A stretch of 64,000 bases of DNA from a virus. Lineage: Duplodnaviria; Caudoviricetes. The notes below the pieces were generated by a model. It was not told where the DNA came from and did no database searches. It was given only the letters and a program-made list of their open reading frames with translations. Both the position numbers and the translations under genes were made by a program. Positions 19,689 through 30,838 of this stretch are shown in pieces (within the stretch, counting starts at the first letter, position 1; every line of letters begins with the position of its first letter). The stretch is taken from the IMG/VR virus record IMGVR_UViG_3300028667_000050, positions 1-64,000 of that record; one strand, written 5' to 3'.

Positions 19689-20650
19689 ATGTTTAAGAAA
19701 ACAAGTCTATTAGCATTGTTACTAGTGTTTATTTGTGCTTCAACAGGGTTGTGTTCAGTACCAAAACCAACAAAGCGTATTTTTTTATTTTATAAAGTTT
19801 CAGATGCTGTATTGATGTGTCAAAATTCAGATGATGATATGGAAAAGGGTAAAGTTGAATTTGAAAAGGAACTAAGTAATCATTATAGCAAAAGATTTAT
19901 CGTTGATGGCGTAAAATATTTACCGGAACAACCAAGACTTTCAGCTGAAGAATACTTAGCAATGGTCAAACAAAATGAAACTCCTTTCATCCTAATGTTA
20001 AAATTAAACGGAACTGGAACAACAACAGCAACTTTTCAGAATATGTTTGGTGCAACAAAATCAGTGGTATTGCCTACAATAAAAATTATTAGAAATGAGT
20101 ATGTTGTTGATAGAGCTGATCATAGTATTTATGGAGTTGCCTATGGAGAGGCAGAATATCATTCTAATGCAATGGCCGCAGGCGGTAATATATATTCTAA
20201 TACAGATACAAGGAAGACAACAAAAATGGAATAAGAGGGTATCTCAGAGATTATAGTATATATCAAGGAGATAGAATAAATAAGTATGCTGATATGGATA
20301 AATTTAATGCATACAATGATGCTTATACTGGAAATTTTAAAAAACGTGATATTGAATTGTTAGCTATTAATTCAAATGTTCCATATTTAGGGGTTTACGC
20401 TAATAATCTTGTTGTAGCTTCTTGTACGCCAGATTATCCTATGGCTAAATCTGGTTGTCTTGTTAACGACAAAATTATGGCTATTAATGGAGAGGCTATT
20501 GCTGATGATAATGATTTTACTGAGATTATGAAAAAATATAAACCAGGAGATAACCTTAAAGTTACTATTATGCGTAACGGACAAGAGAAAACTCTTAGCG
20601 TTGTCCCTGTAGCAAGAAGTTTGGATATATTTAAAAATAATAAAATATAA
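19689..20650 (+). CDS. Moron: secreted protein with C-terminal PDZ domain (frameshift in the A-run near 20225)
   Basis: Signal peptide MFKKTSLLALLLVFICAS; adding one A fuses ORFs 19638 and 20294; YLGV...DKIMAING..PGDNLKVTIMRNG PDZ; own TG-TATAAT (19644-19652). Confidence 0.75.
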
Positions 20651-20663
20651 AACTTTTTCAGAA

Positions 20664-20700
20664 AAGCACTTATGCGTAAAGCGTAGGTGCTTTTCTTATG
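20664..20700 (+). terminator. Intrinsic terminator of the PDZ moron
   Basis: aaagcacttatgcg-taaa-gcgtaggtgctttt followed by a U-rich tract. Confidence 0.7.
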
Positions 20701-20719
20701 CCCAAAATTAGAAAGGAGA

Positions 20720-22018
20720 GTGGTTATACTGAACGTTTTTACAAAGCTTTTTAAGTCCAGGGATAAGCCTGTGAACAGTACAGCAGGAGGTGCCTACGGG
20801 TTCTTCTTTGGAGGAAGTAATTCCGGCAAGAGAGTTACGGAACGCAGCTCCATGCAGATGACAGCAGTCTATTCCTGCGTAAGGATACTGGCAGAGGCGG
20901 TGGCAGGACTGCCCTTGCACCTATACAAGTATAACGATAGCGGAGGAAAGGAAAAGGCACTTGCCATGCCATTGTACTTTCTGCTTCACGATGAACCCAA
21001 TGAAGAGATGACGTCATTTGTCTTTAGGGAAACCCTTATGACGCATCTGCTCCTATGGGGTAATGCCTATGCCCAGGTTATTCGTAACGGCAAGGGAGAA
21101 GTGGTGGCCCTGTATCCGTTAATGCCCAACCGCATGAGGGTGGACAGAGACAGTAAGGGTAACATTTACTACGAATACCTTCACAATACGGATGAGGCAG
21201 CTACCATGAAGGAAAGCATGGTGCAGCTTAAGCCCACAGATGTGCTCCACATACCGGGGCTTGGTTTTGACGGCCTGGTGGGATATTCTCCTATTGCCAT
21301 GGCCAAGAATGCCATTGGTATGGCCATAGCCTGTGAGGAGTACGGAGCTAAGTTCTTTGCTAACGGGGCAACGCCCGGTGGTATTTTAGAACATCCGGGA
21401 GTGGTAAAGGATCCTGCTAAGGTAAGGGAGAGCTGGAACACAGCCTTCGGTGGCAGTATAAACTCCAACAAGGTAGCGGTTCTGGAAGAGGGCATGAAGT
21501 ATACGCCAATATCCATTTCCCCGGAACAGGCACAGTTTTTAGAAACAAGAAAATTTCAACTTAACGAGATAGCTCGAATTTTCCGCATCCCTCCCCATAT
21601 GGTGGGAGACCTGGAGAAGTCGAGCTTTTCTAATATAGAGCAACAATCCCTGGAATTTGTGAAATATACTCTGGAGCCCTGGCTTATTCGTTGGGAGCAG
21701 GCTTTAATGCGAGTGCTTTAACGCCCCAGACCAAGGAGAAATATTTCATCAAGTTTAATGTGGACGGACTTTTGCGTGGAGGATTACCAGAGCCGGATGA
21801 ACGGCTATGCCACGGCAAGGCAGAACGGCTGGATGAGTGCGAACGATATTCGTGAGCTGGAGAACCTGGACCGTATCTCACCGGAAGCAGGCGGGGACTT
21901 ATACCTTATTAACGGCAATATGACCAAACTTGCCGATGCAGGAATATTCGCAGCTTCGGCTGGAAAGGAGAATACTACAAGTGAAGAAGTTTTGGAAGTG
22001 GAAAAAACAAGACGGTAA
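20720..22018 (+). CDS. HK97-family portal (frameshifts near 21720 and 21780)
   Basis: AVYSCVRILAEAVAGLP, LLLWGNAYA, DVLHIPGLGFDGLVGYSPI, QFLETRKF, NDIRELENL. Confidence 0.93.
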
Positions 22019-22044
22019 GCAATCAGGAAACAGGAGAGGAAACA

Positions 22045-22728
22045 GTGGAAAGAACACTGTTCCTTAATGGTACCATTGCCGAGGAAAGCTGGTTTGATGA
22101 CGATGTAGTAACGCCTAAGCTTTTTAAGGAAGAGCTGATGGACGGAGCAGGAGACGTAACCATTTGGATTAACAGCCCGGGTGGTGACTGCGTGGCTGCG
22201 GCTCAGATCTATACCATGCTTATGGACTACAAAGGTAAGGTTACCGTAAAGATTGACGGTATGGCTGCCAGTGCTGCCTCCGTCATTGCAATGGCAGGAA
22301 ACAGGGTGCTTATGAGTCCGGTGTCCATGCTCATGATTCACAATCCGGCAACTGTGGCTTTTGGAGATAAGGGCGAGTTTCAAAAAGCCATCGACATGCT
22401 GGCAGAAGTAAAGGAATCCATTATCAACGCCTATGAAATCAAAAGCTCTCAGTCCAGGGCGAAGATTAGCCACCTCATGGATGCAGAAACCTGGATGAAT
22501 GCCAATAAGGCTGTAGAACTTGGCTTTGCAGACGGCATCTTGCAAAGAAAGACAGAAGATGAAGATTTGGAAGAACCGCATGTATCTATGATGTGTTCCA
22601 AAATGGCGGTAACAAACTCTTTAAGAGATAAGCTTGCTGCCAGATGCCATATTGAGAAACCAGTAGTACCTGAACGTTCAATTGATGAATGTTTGGCTGA
22701 GTTAAATAAATTAAAAATAAAATTATAG
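22045..22728 (+). CDS. ClpP-like head maturation protease
   Basis: INSPGGD, IDGMAASAASVIAM, LMIHNP, ETWMNANKAVELGFAD. Confidence 0.93.
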   Translation: MERTLFLNGTIAEESWFDDDVVTPKLFKEELMDGAGDVTIWINSPGGDCVAAAQIYTMLMDYKGKVTVKIDGMAASAASVIAMAGNRVLMSPVSMLMIHNPATVAFGDKGEFQKAIDMLAEVKESIINAYEIKSSQSRAKISHLMDAETWMNANKAVELGFADGILQRKTEDEDLEEPHVSMMCSKMAVTNSLRDKLAARCHIEKPVVPERSIDECLAELNKLKIKL

Positions 22729-22741
22729 GAGGAGTGTAAGA

Positions 22742-23923
22742 ATGACTATTAACGAATTAAGAGAAAAGAGAGCGAAGGTTTGGGAAGATACCAAAGCCTT
22801 CCTGGAAAGCCATCGTACTGAAAAAGGTACCATTTCTGCAGAAGATGAAGTTACCTACAATCGTATGATGAAGGATATTGATGACTTGGGTAAGGAAATT
22901 ACTAGATTGGAAAAGCAGGAAGCCTTTGATAAAGAACTGTCTAAGGTTATTGGTGCTCCGCTTACCAATCGTCCCGGTGCTGCCGGCATTATGGATGAAG
23001 ACGAGAAGCTGAAACCTGCTCGTGCCAGAAAAGGTTATGCCCAGGACTTACTGAAGGCTATGCGTTCCAACTTCAAACAGGTATCTAATCTGTTGCAAGA
23101 AGGCGTTGATGCCGATGGCGGGTATCTGGTACCTGAGGAATATGATGAGAAACTTGTAACAGCGCTAGAGCAAGATAATATTATGCGTACTTTAGCACGT
23201 AAAATTGCTACTTCTGCTGAACGCAAGATTAACATCGCAGCTACTAAGCCGGCTGCAGCTTGGATTGAAGAAGGTGGCGCTTTAGTGTTTAGTGATGCTA
23301 CCTTTGGACAGACCTTACTGGATGCTCACAAGCTCCATGTAGCTATTAAGATTACCGAGGAACTATTATATGATAATGTTTTTGACTTAGAGAACTATAT
23401 CATTACTGAGTCCGGTAAAGCTATTGCAAACGCAGAAGAGGATGCTTTCTTAAATGGTGATGGTAAAGGAAAACCACTAGGTGTCTTTGCTGAAACAGGT
23501 GGTGGTACCGTAGCTAATACTTTGACTGCGGCTATTAAGTCCGATGATGTTTTAGATCTAATTTATGCCTTAAGGAGACCTTATCGTAGAACTGCAAAGT
23601 TTATTTTAAACGACCAGACTTTGTTGTCTTTGCGTAAGTTAAAGGATAACAATGGTGCATATATGTGGCAGCCTTCCTACCAGGCAGGTGAGCCGGATAA
23701 GCTTTTAGGGTATGAAGTTTATACTTCTACCTATGCACCTAAGACTGCGATTTCTTTTGGTGACTATAGCTACTACACTATTGGTGATCGCGGTGTTAGA
23801 TCTATACAGGAACTGCGTGAGCTCTTTGCCGGTAATGGCATGATTGGTTATGTAGTTAAGGAACGTGTAGATGGCAAGCTTATTCTGCCGGAAGCAGTGC
23901 AAATTCTTAAACTGCAAGCCTAG
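22742..23923 (+). CDS. HK97-fold major capsid protein
   Basis: Coiled-coil delta domain, DGGYLVPEE, AFLNGDGKGKPLG, KDNNGAYMWQP, FGDYSYY. Confidence 0.95.
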   Translation: MTINELREKRAKVWEDTKAFLESHRTEKGTISAEDEVTYNRMMKDIDDLGKEITRLEKQEAFDKELSKVIGAPLTNRPGAAGIMDEDEKLKPARARKGYAQDLLKAMRSNFKQVSNLLQEGVDADGGYLVPEEYDEKLVTALEQDNIMRTLARKIATSAERKINIAATKPAAAWIEEGGALVFSDATFGQTLLDAHKLHVAIKITEELLYDNVFDLENYIITESGKAIANAEEDAFLNGDGKGKPLGVFAETGGGTVANTLTAAIKSDDVLDLIYALRRPYRRTAKFILNDQTLLSLRKLKDNNGAYMWQPSYQAGEPDKLLGYEVYTSTYAPKTAISFGDYSYYTIGDRGVRSIQELRELFAGNGMIGYVVKERVDGKLILPEAVQILKLQA

Positions 23924-23933
23924 GAGGGACTAG

Positions 23934-24206
23934 ATGAGTGACAAGCTGATAACGGTAGAAGAGGCCAAGGCATATTTAAGGATAGATGGGGATGAGGAAG
24001 ACAACCTCATCTCCTCTCTTATTATCCTGGCCCAGGACTGCTGTGAAGACATCCTCCGGTATGAACTTACTGAAGAATTAATGGAACCTCCCATTAAGCA
24101 GGCTGTTCTGATTCTTGTCACTCACTTCTATGAAGAACGCAGTGGCGAGGATGTGCCGGAAGTGGTTTATACCTTGCTAAGACCTTACAGAAAGGCAGAG
24201 TGGTAG
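23934..24206 (+). CDS. Head-tail connector (gp6-like)
   Basis: TVEEAKAYLRID...LVTHFYEER. Confidence 0.88.
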   Translation: MSDKLITVEEAKAYLRIDGDEEDNLISSLIILAQDCCEDILRYELTEELMEPPIKQAVLILVTHFYEERSGEDVPEVVYTLLRPYRKAEW

Positions 24207-24207
24207 G

Positions 24208-24537
24208 ATGAATCCAGGACAGTTAAACAGTAGGGTAACCCTTAAGCACCTGGCTAAAACAGAGGATGAAGCAGGAGGTTATGCTGAAAACTATGTGGAG
24301 TATGCCAAGGTGTGGGCCAAGCTGGTAAATAAGACGGTCAGCAAGGAACTGGATGCTGAAGAAGTTATGACCATTTCTGATTATGAAATAACCATGAGGT
24401 ACCGGAGGGACGTGCTTTTTACCGATAGATTATATATCGGCACTAGGGAGTTTGAGCAGATAGCGCCTGCGGTTAATATCATGGAGAAAAATAGTTACTT
24501 GAAGCTTATTGCCAGGGAGGTGCCACAAGATGCCTAA
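24208..24537 (+). CDS. Head closure protein
   Basis: MNPGQLNSRVT...VWA...ITMRYRRD...L.L.A.E. Confidence 0.82.
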   Translation: MNPGQLNSRVTLKHLAKTEDEAGGYAENYVEYAKVWAKLVNKTVSKELDAEEVMTISDYEITMRYRRDVLFTDRLYIGTREFEQIAPAVNIMEKNSYLKLIAREVPQDA

Positions 24538-24900
24538 TACTACACTTACCGTAGAAGGCCTTACTAAAACTTTAGGAAGAATAAAGACGGTACGCTTGGC
24601 CATGAGTGATGTTTTAGATAAGAGTACTAAGGAAGGTGCCAGAAAGATTCAGAAGGCAGGCCAAGAAAAAGGCTACCGAAGGATACCGGCAGATTAAGAA
24701 AAAGTATCAAGGTTAAGAAGATGAAAAAGGGTGGTGTAGGTTACTTCGTTAAACCCTATTCCTACATTGCCCATTTTCATGAGTATGGTACTAAAAAGGG
24801 CATAAAGCCTAAACACTTTATGAAAGAGAGCCGGGAAGAAGTGCTGCCGGAAGTACAAGAAGATATCATGAAGAAAATAGGGGAGGTGGTGGATAAGTAA
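24530..24900 (+). CDS. HK97 gp10-like tail completion protein (frameshifted)
   Basis: Reconstructed AKKKAPKDTGRLRKSI...AHFHEYGT..IKPKHFMKES. Confidence 0.75.
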
Positions 24901-25283
24901 TGCTGCTGGAAGTTAATAAGGCTATTTTTGATAAACTTGTAGCTTGCTCCGGCTGCCAGGTTTTTGACAGCGTACCGGAGAACAAGAAGAAACCCTATGT
25001 AGTACTGGCAGAAGTAGAAAGCACTCCCTGGGACTCCAAGACCACCAAAGGTTTTGAAGTATCAGCGGGGAGTGCTTATTTATTCAGACTATAAGGGTGA
25101 TAAGGAAATAAACAACATAACGGAGAGAATCCGTGCTGCTTTTACCGATACCGACTACGACTTAGGACCTAGCCTGAAAGTCATCACTCAGTCTTTAGAC
25201 CTAGTAAAAGTAGAACGTGTAGAGGAATATAGGCAGGGAACGATTAACATAAAGCTCAAATATACAAGAAAGATAGTGCTTAG
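24900..25283 (+). CDS. DUF3168 tail terminator (frameshifted)
   Basis: VFDSVPENKKKPYVVL...WDSKTTKG...IYSDYKGDKEI; probable true end ...IYKKDSA* after restoring one A. Confidence 0.72.
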
Positions 25284-25403
25284 TAAGACCTTGGACCTAG
25301 TGAGTGGCTGCATATACGACTTTAGTTGTAGACCTAAGGTCGTATATACATCCTTAGACCTAAGTCTAAAGTCTTAGCACTACGACCTTGGACCTATTGG
25401 TCC
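25274..25403. repeat. Nested palindromic element with repeated GACCT words
   Basis: Outer IR tagtgc/taagac - gtctta/gcacta; inner 17-bp and 6-bp IRs; 13-bp direct repeat gaccttggaccta (25287 and 25384). Confidence 0.75.
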
Positions 25404-25429
25404 TAAAACAAAGAAGGAGGAGAAAGAAT

Positions 25430-25861
25430 ATGAGTACACCAGTAGATGGCGTAGATTTTTTGATTTCAGTAAATACCGGTACTGACGAAGCACCTAAATA
25501 TGAAGTTTTAGGTGGCCAACGCAGCGCCACTTTTAAAAGACAAGCAGATGAGATTGATGCCAGCTCTAAGACCAGTGAAGGCTGGAAGGATACTATTCCG
25601 GGCCTTAGAAGCTGGGGCATTGATGCAGATGCCTTAGTCCTGGAAGGTGATGCCGCTTATGCAAAGCTGGACGAATGCTATATGAACAGAAAGCCTGTGG
25701 ACGTGAAGTATGCCAGACAGGATGGTTCTTTCTGGACAGGCAAGGCTACTATCACAGACTTAAGTGAATCCAGTCCGCATAATGATGTTGCAACTTATAC
25801 ACTTACATTATCCGGTATTGGTAAGCCGGTAAGAACTGAAGCAACAACGGTAGGAGGTTAA
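25430..25861 (+). CDS. Major tail protein (TP901-1 family)
   Basis: GVDFLISV...LGGQRSATFKRQADEIDASSK..GWKDTIPGLRSWGIDAD...DVATYTLTLSGIG. Confidence 0.9.
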   Translation: MSTPVDGVDFLISVNTGTDEAPKYEVLGGQRSATFKRQADEIDASSKTSEGWKDTIPGLRSWGIDADALVLEGDAAYAKLDECYMNRKPVDVKYARQDGSFWTGKATITDLSESSPHNDVATYTLTLSGIGKPVRTEATTVGG

Positions 25862-25864
25862 TAG

Positions 25865-26230
25865 ATGATGATATACATCAATTTGGATGGGAAAGAACGT
25901 TCTCTGCGTTATGACATTAATGCCGTAACGGCAGTAGAGGAGGTATTTGGAGGTAAGAGCCTGATTGCCATGCTGGCCAATCCGGCCTATTTTGGTTTTT
26001 CTTTAATCCGTGCCTTGCTTTGGGGCGGGTTAAAGCATAAGGAAAAAGGTCTTACTTTAGACCGAACCGGTATACTCTTACAGGAGTTTCTGCAAAAAGG
26101 CGGTACCTTGGGGGATGTTTCCGGCAAAATAAATGAAGCCTTGGTAGAAGCCGGCATCTTAAGGCAAGCCCAAGAGGAGCCTGATGAAGATACGGGGGAA
26201 AAGGAACAAGCTCCTGCACAGAATTTGTAG
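25865..26230 (+). CDS. Tail assembly chaperone (gpG-like)
   Basis: Position after the major tail gene; LRYDINAV...IRALLWGGLKH. Confidence 0.8.
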   Translation: MMIYINLDGKERSLRYDINAVTAVEEVFGGKSLIAMLANPAYFGFSLIRALLWGGLKHKEKGLTLDRTGILLQEFLQKGGTLGDVSGKINEALVEAGILRQAQEEPDEDTGEKEQAPAQNL

Positions 26231-26538
26231 GTTCAATTCTTAAATTAGCGATAGTAGAACTTAAACTGAAACCGTGGGAGCTTGGCAAGCTTACTGTCCG
26301 GGAATTTAAAGAAGCATTGGAATACAAACGCAGCATTGGCAAGGCGGAGTTTATCCGCGATGCCGAGCTGGCCACTATTATTATCAACGCCTGTGGCTGT
26401 AATCTTAAGAAAAGTATAGCCGTACAGGATATTCTGGGCTTCGATCCGTACAAGAAACCGGAAGTAGTAAAGAGTAAGGAAGAACAGGAAGATGAATTGC
26501 ATTACCTTAAAAATAAGATGGGAGGTGAAGGTAAATGA
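26190..26538 (+). CDS. gpT-like chaperone extension in the -1 frame
   Basis: -1 frame open from about 26188: ...LKLKPWELGKLTVREFKEALEYK... Confidence 0.65.
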
Positions 26539-29500
26539 GCGATAGCAAGACCATGACCGTATTTGTTAAGGCAGATATTGAGAATTTCTCCAAGAATATA
26601 GCCAACGTGGAAAAGAATATGAATAGCGTTTTCGGGGTAAAAACCATGAAAATGTCTAAGACTTTTGCTAAAGGCCTGGCTGCAGCGGCCTCTGCCTTAG
26701 GTGCTTTTGGAGCTGCCTGTATTGCTATGGCTGATCATGAGCAGGAAGTGGAACGTACCTTCACCAGTCTTATAGGTAATGCCGACAAAGCTAAAAAGAC
26801 ACTTGCTGACCTGGCTGATTGGGCGACTAATGTTCCTTTTGACTTTGAGGATATGGAAAACGCCAGTAAAAAGCTGCTTGCCTACGGTGTAGCAGCCGAA
26901 GATGTGGTAGCTGTCTTAAATAACCTAGGGTAATGCTGCTGCCATGACAGGTAGCGGGCAGGCCGGTATTGATGCCATGACAGAAGCAATAGGACGCATG
27001 AGCATGACGGGGAAAGTAACTTCTCGTGATATGAAACAGCTCATTAATCAACAGGTAGATGCCTATAGGTATCTGGCTGATTATTTGGGTACGGATGTGG
27101 CAAGTGCTATGGACCAGGTAAAAGCAGGTACCGTAAGTGGCAAGGCTGCTGTAAGCGCTCTTATGCAAGGCATGCAGACGGACTTTGCCGGTGGCATGGA
27201 TAATATTGAAAAATCCATGAGTGGTATGCTCGGTACCATGAAATATAACGTTACCTATGCTATGAAAGCCATAGGCAAGGAACTGACTATTTCTACAGGA
27301 TTGGATACTAGGATGGCAGAGCTTAATGAAGCTGTACGTGTTTTTGCAGTTTCCATTAAGAACTATGGCATTAGCGAAACATTAAAGACCATGATTCCTC
27401 CTGAACTAATAGTAGCTATTGGTGCTTTTGGTGGTGTGATTATGGGTATTGCCGTACCTGCACTTATTGCATTGGCTGCCCATGCCCTGGCTGCTATTGT
27501 AGCTATAGCTGGTGTTTCCTTACCGGTTCTTGCTGTGGCTGCAGTTATAGGTGCTGCGTTTGCCGTAGTAATGGTAGCGACCAAGGAACTGGGTGAGCTC
27601 TGGTTTTATACCTGGGAAAGCATAAAGTCCAAGACAGCCACGGTAGGCAATGCCATCTTAGGGCAGTTGTGGGAGTTTGCCAGTCACAGCCCTAAAGTAC
27701 CTGGCACCGATTCTTAACTTTTTCGGCATGGAAGATACAGTCAAGAACTGGACGCAGGCAGTCAGTGAGAATATTAAGCTTGCTACTGATGACATGAATG
27801 CTGCAGCCTTAAAGAATTCTGCCGACAGCATGGGTATGGATAAGGCCTGGGAAAATACCAAGAAAGCCTTAAGCGGTACCTTGGATAACATCAAGAATTT
27901 TAAGGAAACTAATAATATTGATTTAGACTATAAAGGCTGCCGGGCAGAAACAGTACGGATGATGTTGGATACTGGCGAATCCGGCAAGGCAGCAGCGGAC
28001 CTTGGTTCCATAAAAGCCGATGTTGCTAAGATTGCCTAAGACAACTGAATATGGCAAGCAGGCTGTAGATAACATGCGTAACCTGCAGGGCAAGATTGCC
28101 CTTTTATGCTGTCGATGGTACTAATGCATGAGAACTATTGGCATGGCCATGGAAGGTACACCTTTTGAAGGACTTATCAATGTGGATGATGCCTATGCGG
28201 TAGCCAAGAAAGAAGGCCTGGATAGAGATACTTCTTATCAGCCTAAAGCCGGCGATATTATCCTGGTGGGCGGTTATGATGCTAACGGTAACTGGAACCC
28301 TAGGATGCATGCGGCCATGGTTACAGAAAAGGGCGGTGTTATCCAAAATGGCAAGAGCCATGATGGTGTATGGGAATCAGACCTTACACCTCAGGAGATG
28401 TTTGGTGATGATATCACTGGCTATATAGCTACCAGCAATCTTTATACCAAGGGCAGTGTCAGTGAAAAGGCAAGCGCAGCTGATTTAAAGAAAAAGCTCT
28501 TGACTGGGAAAGCACGGTTAATTCCATTAAGGATAAGGCCGGTGATTTGGCAAGAAATGTTTCTAATCGTATGGGACTTATTGATTTGACCGGTGTCAGA
28601 AAAGAATTTGTAGAAACCAAGCAGGGATGTACCAAGAGCATTACTGATATGGAGCGTTCCTACAGGGACTTGGCTTTGGATTATGCGAAAAGCACTAGCC
28701 AGTGAGCAGGAAGTAATGAGAAATGCCTGGAAGGAATCCGGACTGGAATTTGAAACCATAGAGGTGGCAGGGTATCTTTTGCTAAGCAAGTAGGCCAAGG
28801 AACGTACCCTTATTGAGGAAGAAACTCAGGAAAAGATAAAGGCTTTGAACTATGACAGGCAGAAATACCTGGATGATCTGGACAAAGCTAAGAATGAGGG
28901 AGACTATTGGCAAGCTGAGTGAACTTTTAAGCACTGAGGATGCTAAGTAATAACCTTAGACTGGAAAATGCTCAGAACTTTGCGGATGAATATGAAAGCT
29001 CTGGAAAGATGCCAATACTACTTTTAAGGAAAGTTTCCTTGGTTCTATTAGGGACGTGGAAGGAACTTTTAGTGACTTCTTTACCAGTGTTATTTCTGGA
29101 CAGAAGAGCCTTAAAGATGCCTTTGTGGACTTATTGCAGTCTTTCATTAACATGATAGCTGAGATGGTAGCTCGTTGGGCTGCCGCACAGATTACACAGC
29201 AGATATTTGGAGCTTTTGGACTTCTTCCCAAAAATAATAACAATAATAGCTCTAGTGTTATTTCTGTCTTTGGCTCTGCTGCGTCAGCATCACTGTTCCA
29301 AAGAAATGCCAGTGGCGGTGCTGTTAGCGGTTTAACCTTGGTAGGTGAACAGGGACCTGAGCTTTTATACCTGAATCACTCTTCCAGGATATTTAATAAC
29401 AGAGATACCAGAGCCATTATGGGCGGTGGCAGCGTAAATATGTATGTGAATACGCCTGATGCAGAGAGCTTTAAGCAGTCCAGGGCACAGATCAGTGCAG

Positions 29501-29541
29501 GTCTTGCCGGCATGATTGCCAGAGGGAGGCGTAATACTTAA
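26535..29541 (+). CDS. Tape measure protein, broken into many fragments; contains a CHAP/NlpC-like segment at about 28125-28440
   Basis: Tape-measure N-domain (WATNVPFD...KKLLAYG...GRMSMTGKV), Ala/Gly-rich hydrophobic stretch, C-terminal RNASGG...VGEQGPEL. Confidence 0.85.
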
Positions 29542-30223
29542 TGAGTAGTTATTTTCATGAAGTTAGGTTTCCTTTAAGCATTGGCTGCCGGTCTCTACCT
29601 TTGGCCCAAGCTACAGTACTGATATTGTGCAGATGCCAAACGGGGCAGAGCAGCGTAATGTTAACTGGCAGTATCCTAGGTGCTCTGGCAGTGTTTCTTT
29701 GGGAGTAAAAGAAGAAGGAGAGTTTTATAAGCTTTTGGTATTTCTTTCACAATCGCTTGTGGCAAGGCTTATGGCTTTCGTTTTATGATTATTTTGACCA
29801 TACCGGGTGACCGTGAATACTTAGGCCGTGGCGACAGTGCCAATAAAGGTGTTTCAGCTGAGAAAGTATTATATAGACGAAGAACTGTGGATTGCCAAGG
29901 AAAGAAAGATTTTAAAGCCGATTGCAGATACAGTCCATGTCTATTTTGTGCCCATTGGAGAAAAGGAAACACTATCTTGGCAACGAGCCTTGGAAATAAG
30001 AAGCAAAAAGAAGGCACATGAGCAAAACCTAAACTGGAGCGTGGATATTACGACAGGGGTATGGTTACTTTTACAGAAGCACCTCCGGTAAATACTTTAG
30101 TTATGGCAAGCTTTGAGTTTGATGTACCGGTGCGCTTTGATACTGATTCCATGCCTGCAAGCTGGGAGTTGGTACAGGCAGCAGGATGGACTGACTATAC
30201 CATTGATAGAACTTAAGTTTTAG
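29541..30223 (+). CDS. DUF2460 distal tail protein (GTA-like), multiple frameshifts
   Basis: MSSYFHEVRFPLSI...FGPSYSTDIVQMPNGAEQRNVNW...GKAYGFRF...FEFDVPVRFDTD. Confidence 0.8.
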
Positions 30224-30270
30224 TGTAAACTTAATGCTGTATTTAAAAGCTTTTTGATTGGAGTAGGAAT

Positions 30271-30643
30271 GTGGGACAAGTTAGTAAAATAGGGGCATTT
30301 AGTAGCTCTGTTATAAAACTCTTGAATTTAGATATTCCGATTAATACGCCAATATTTATAGGAGAAAGCAATATCCTTCATATGAAGAATAACCATCCTG
30401 TTGATTTTGAGAAGTACTTTCCTGTAATGGCAGGAAATAATTGCAGAACCAGACTATGTTTGTATTAATAAAAAGATGGTTCTTTAGAGTACGTTAAAGA
30501 ATACAAACCAGATCAGGTTAAAGTAGCTGTTAGAGTATCAACTAATGGTACATATTACGCTAGAACTTTATATGTTTTGAACTAATCAAAGAGTGCTAGA
30601 TTTTATAGAAAAAGGTATTTTAAAACGTGTAAAGCAAAGTTGA
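30271..30643 (+). CDS. PBECR3-like (barnase/EndoU/colicin/RelE-fold) ribonuclease, three apparent 1-nt indels
   Basis: Reconstruction: IFIGESNILHMKNNHPVDFEKY...EIIAEPDYV...SLEYVKE...VKVAVRVS.NG.YYARTLY; family recognised from memory, not from a search. Confidence 0.65.
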
Positions 30644-30668
30644 CAAAAAATATTTTACCTATTATACT
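30640..30668 (+). promoter_or_regulatory. Sigma-A promoter TTGACA-17-TATACT overlapping the nuclease stop codon
   Basis: TTGACA 30640-30645 contains the TGA stop; TATACT 30663-30668. Confidence 0.85.
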
Positions 30669-30674
30669 ATCTAT

Positions 30675-30812
30675 AAGAGATAGGGATTTGAGGGCGGAAC
30701 AGGCAGCCGCCGCCAGATAGCCGCAAGGCTTGAATAGGAGATGTGGAAGTGTCATCCACCTAATCCTTTATCGGCTATTAGCGCTGTACTACGTTTTGCG
30801 TGGTGCAGCGTT
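30675..30812 (+). ncRNA. Candidate structured small RNA (multi-branch core plus 3' hairpin)
   Basis: Closing stem gatagggatt/aatcctttatc; ggcgg/ccgcc; agcc-GCAA-ggct; gtgga/tccac or gatg/catc; then a 13-bp hairpin with three G-U pairs on the + strand. Confidence 0.7.
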
Positions 30813-30838
30813 AATTTTATCAAAATTTATATCTTAGG

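Noticed and set aside
21805-22581. Long antisense ORFs (for example 21805-22581, 38786-39460, 53128-53718)
   Set aside because: Shadow frames of well-supported genes with no motifs or RBS
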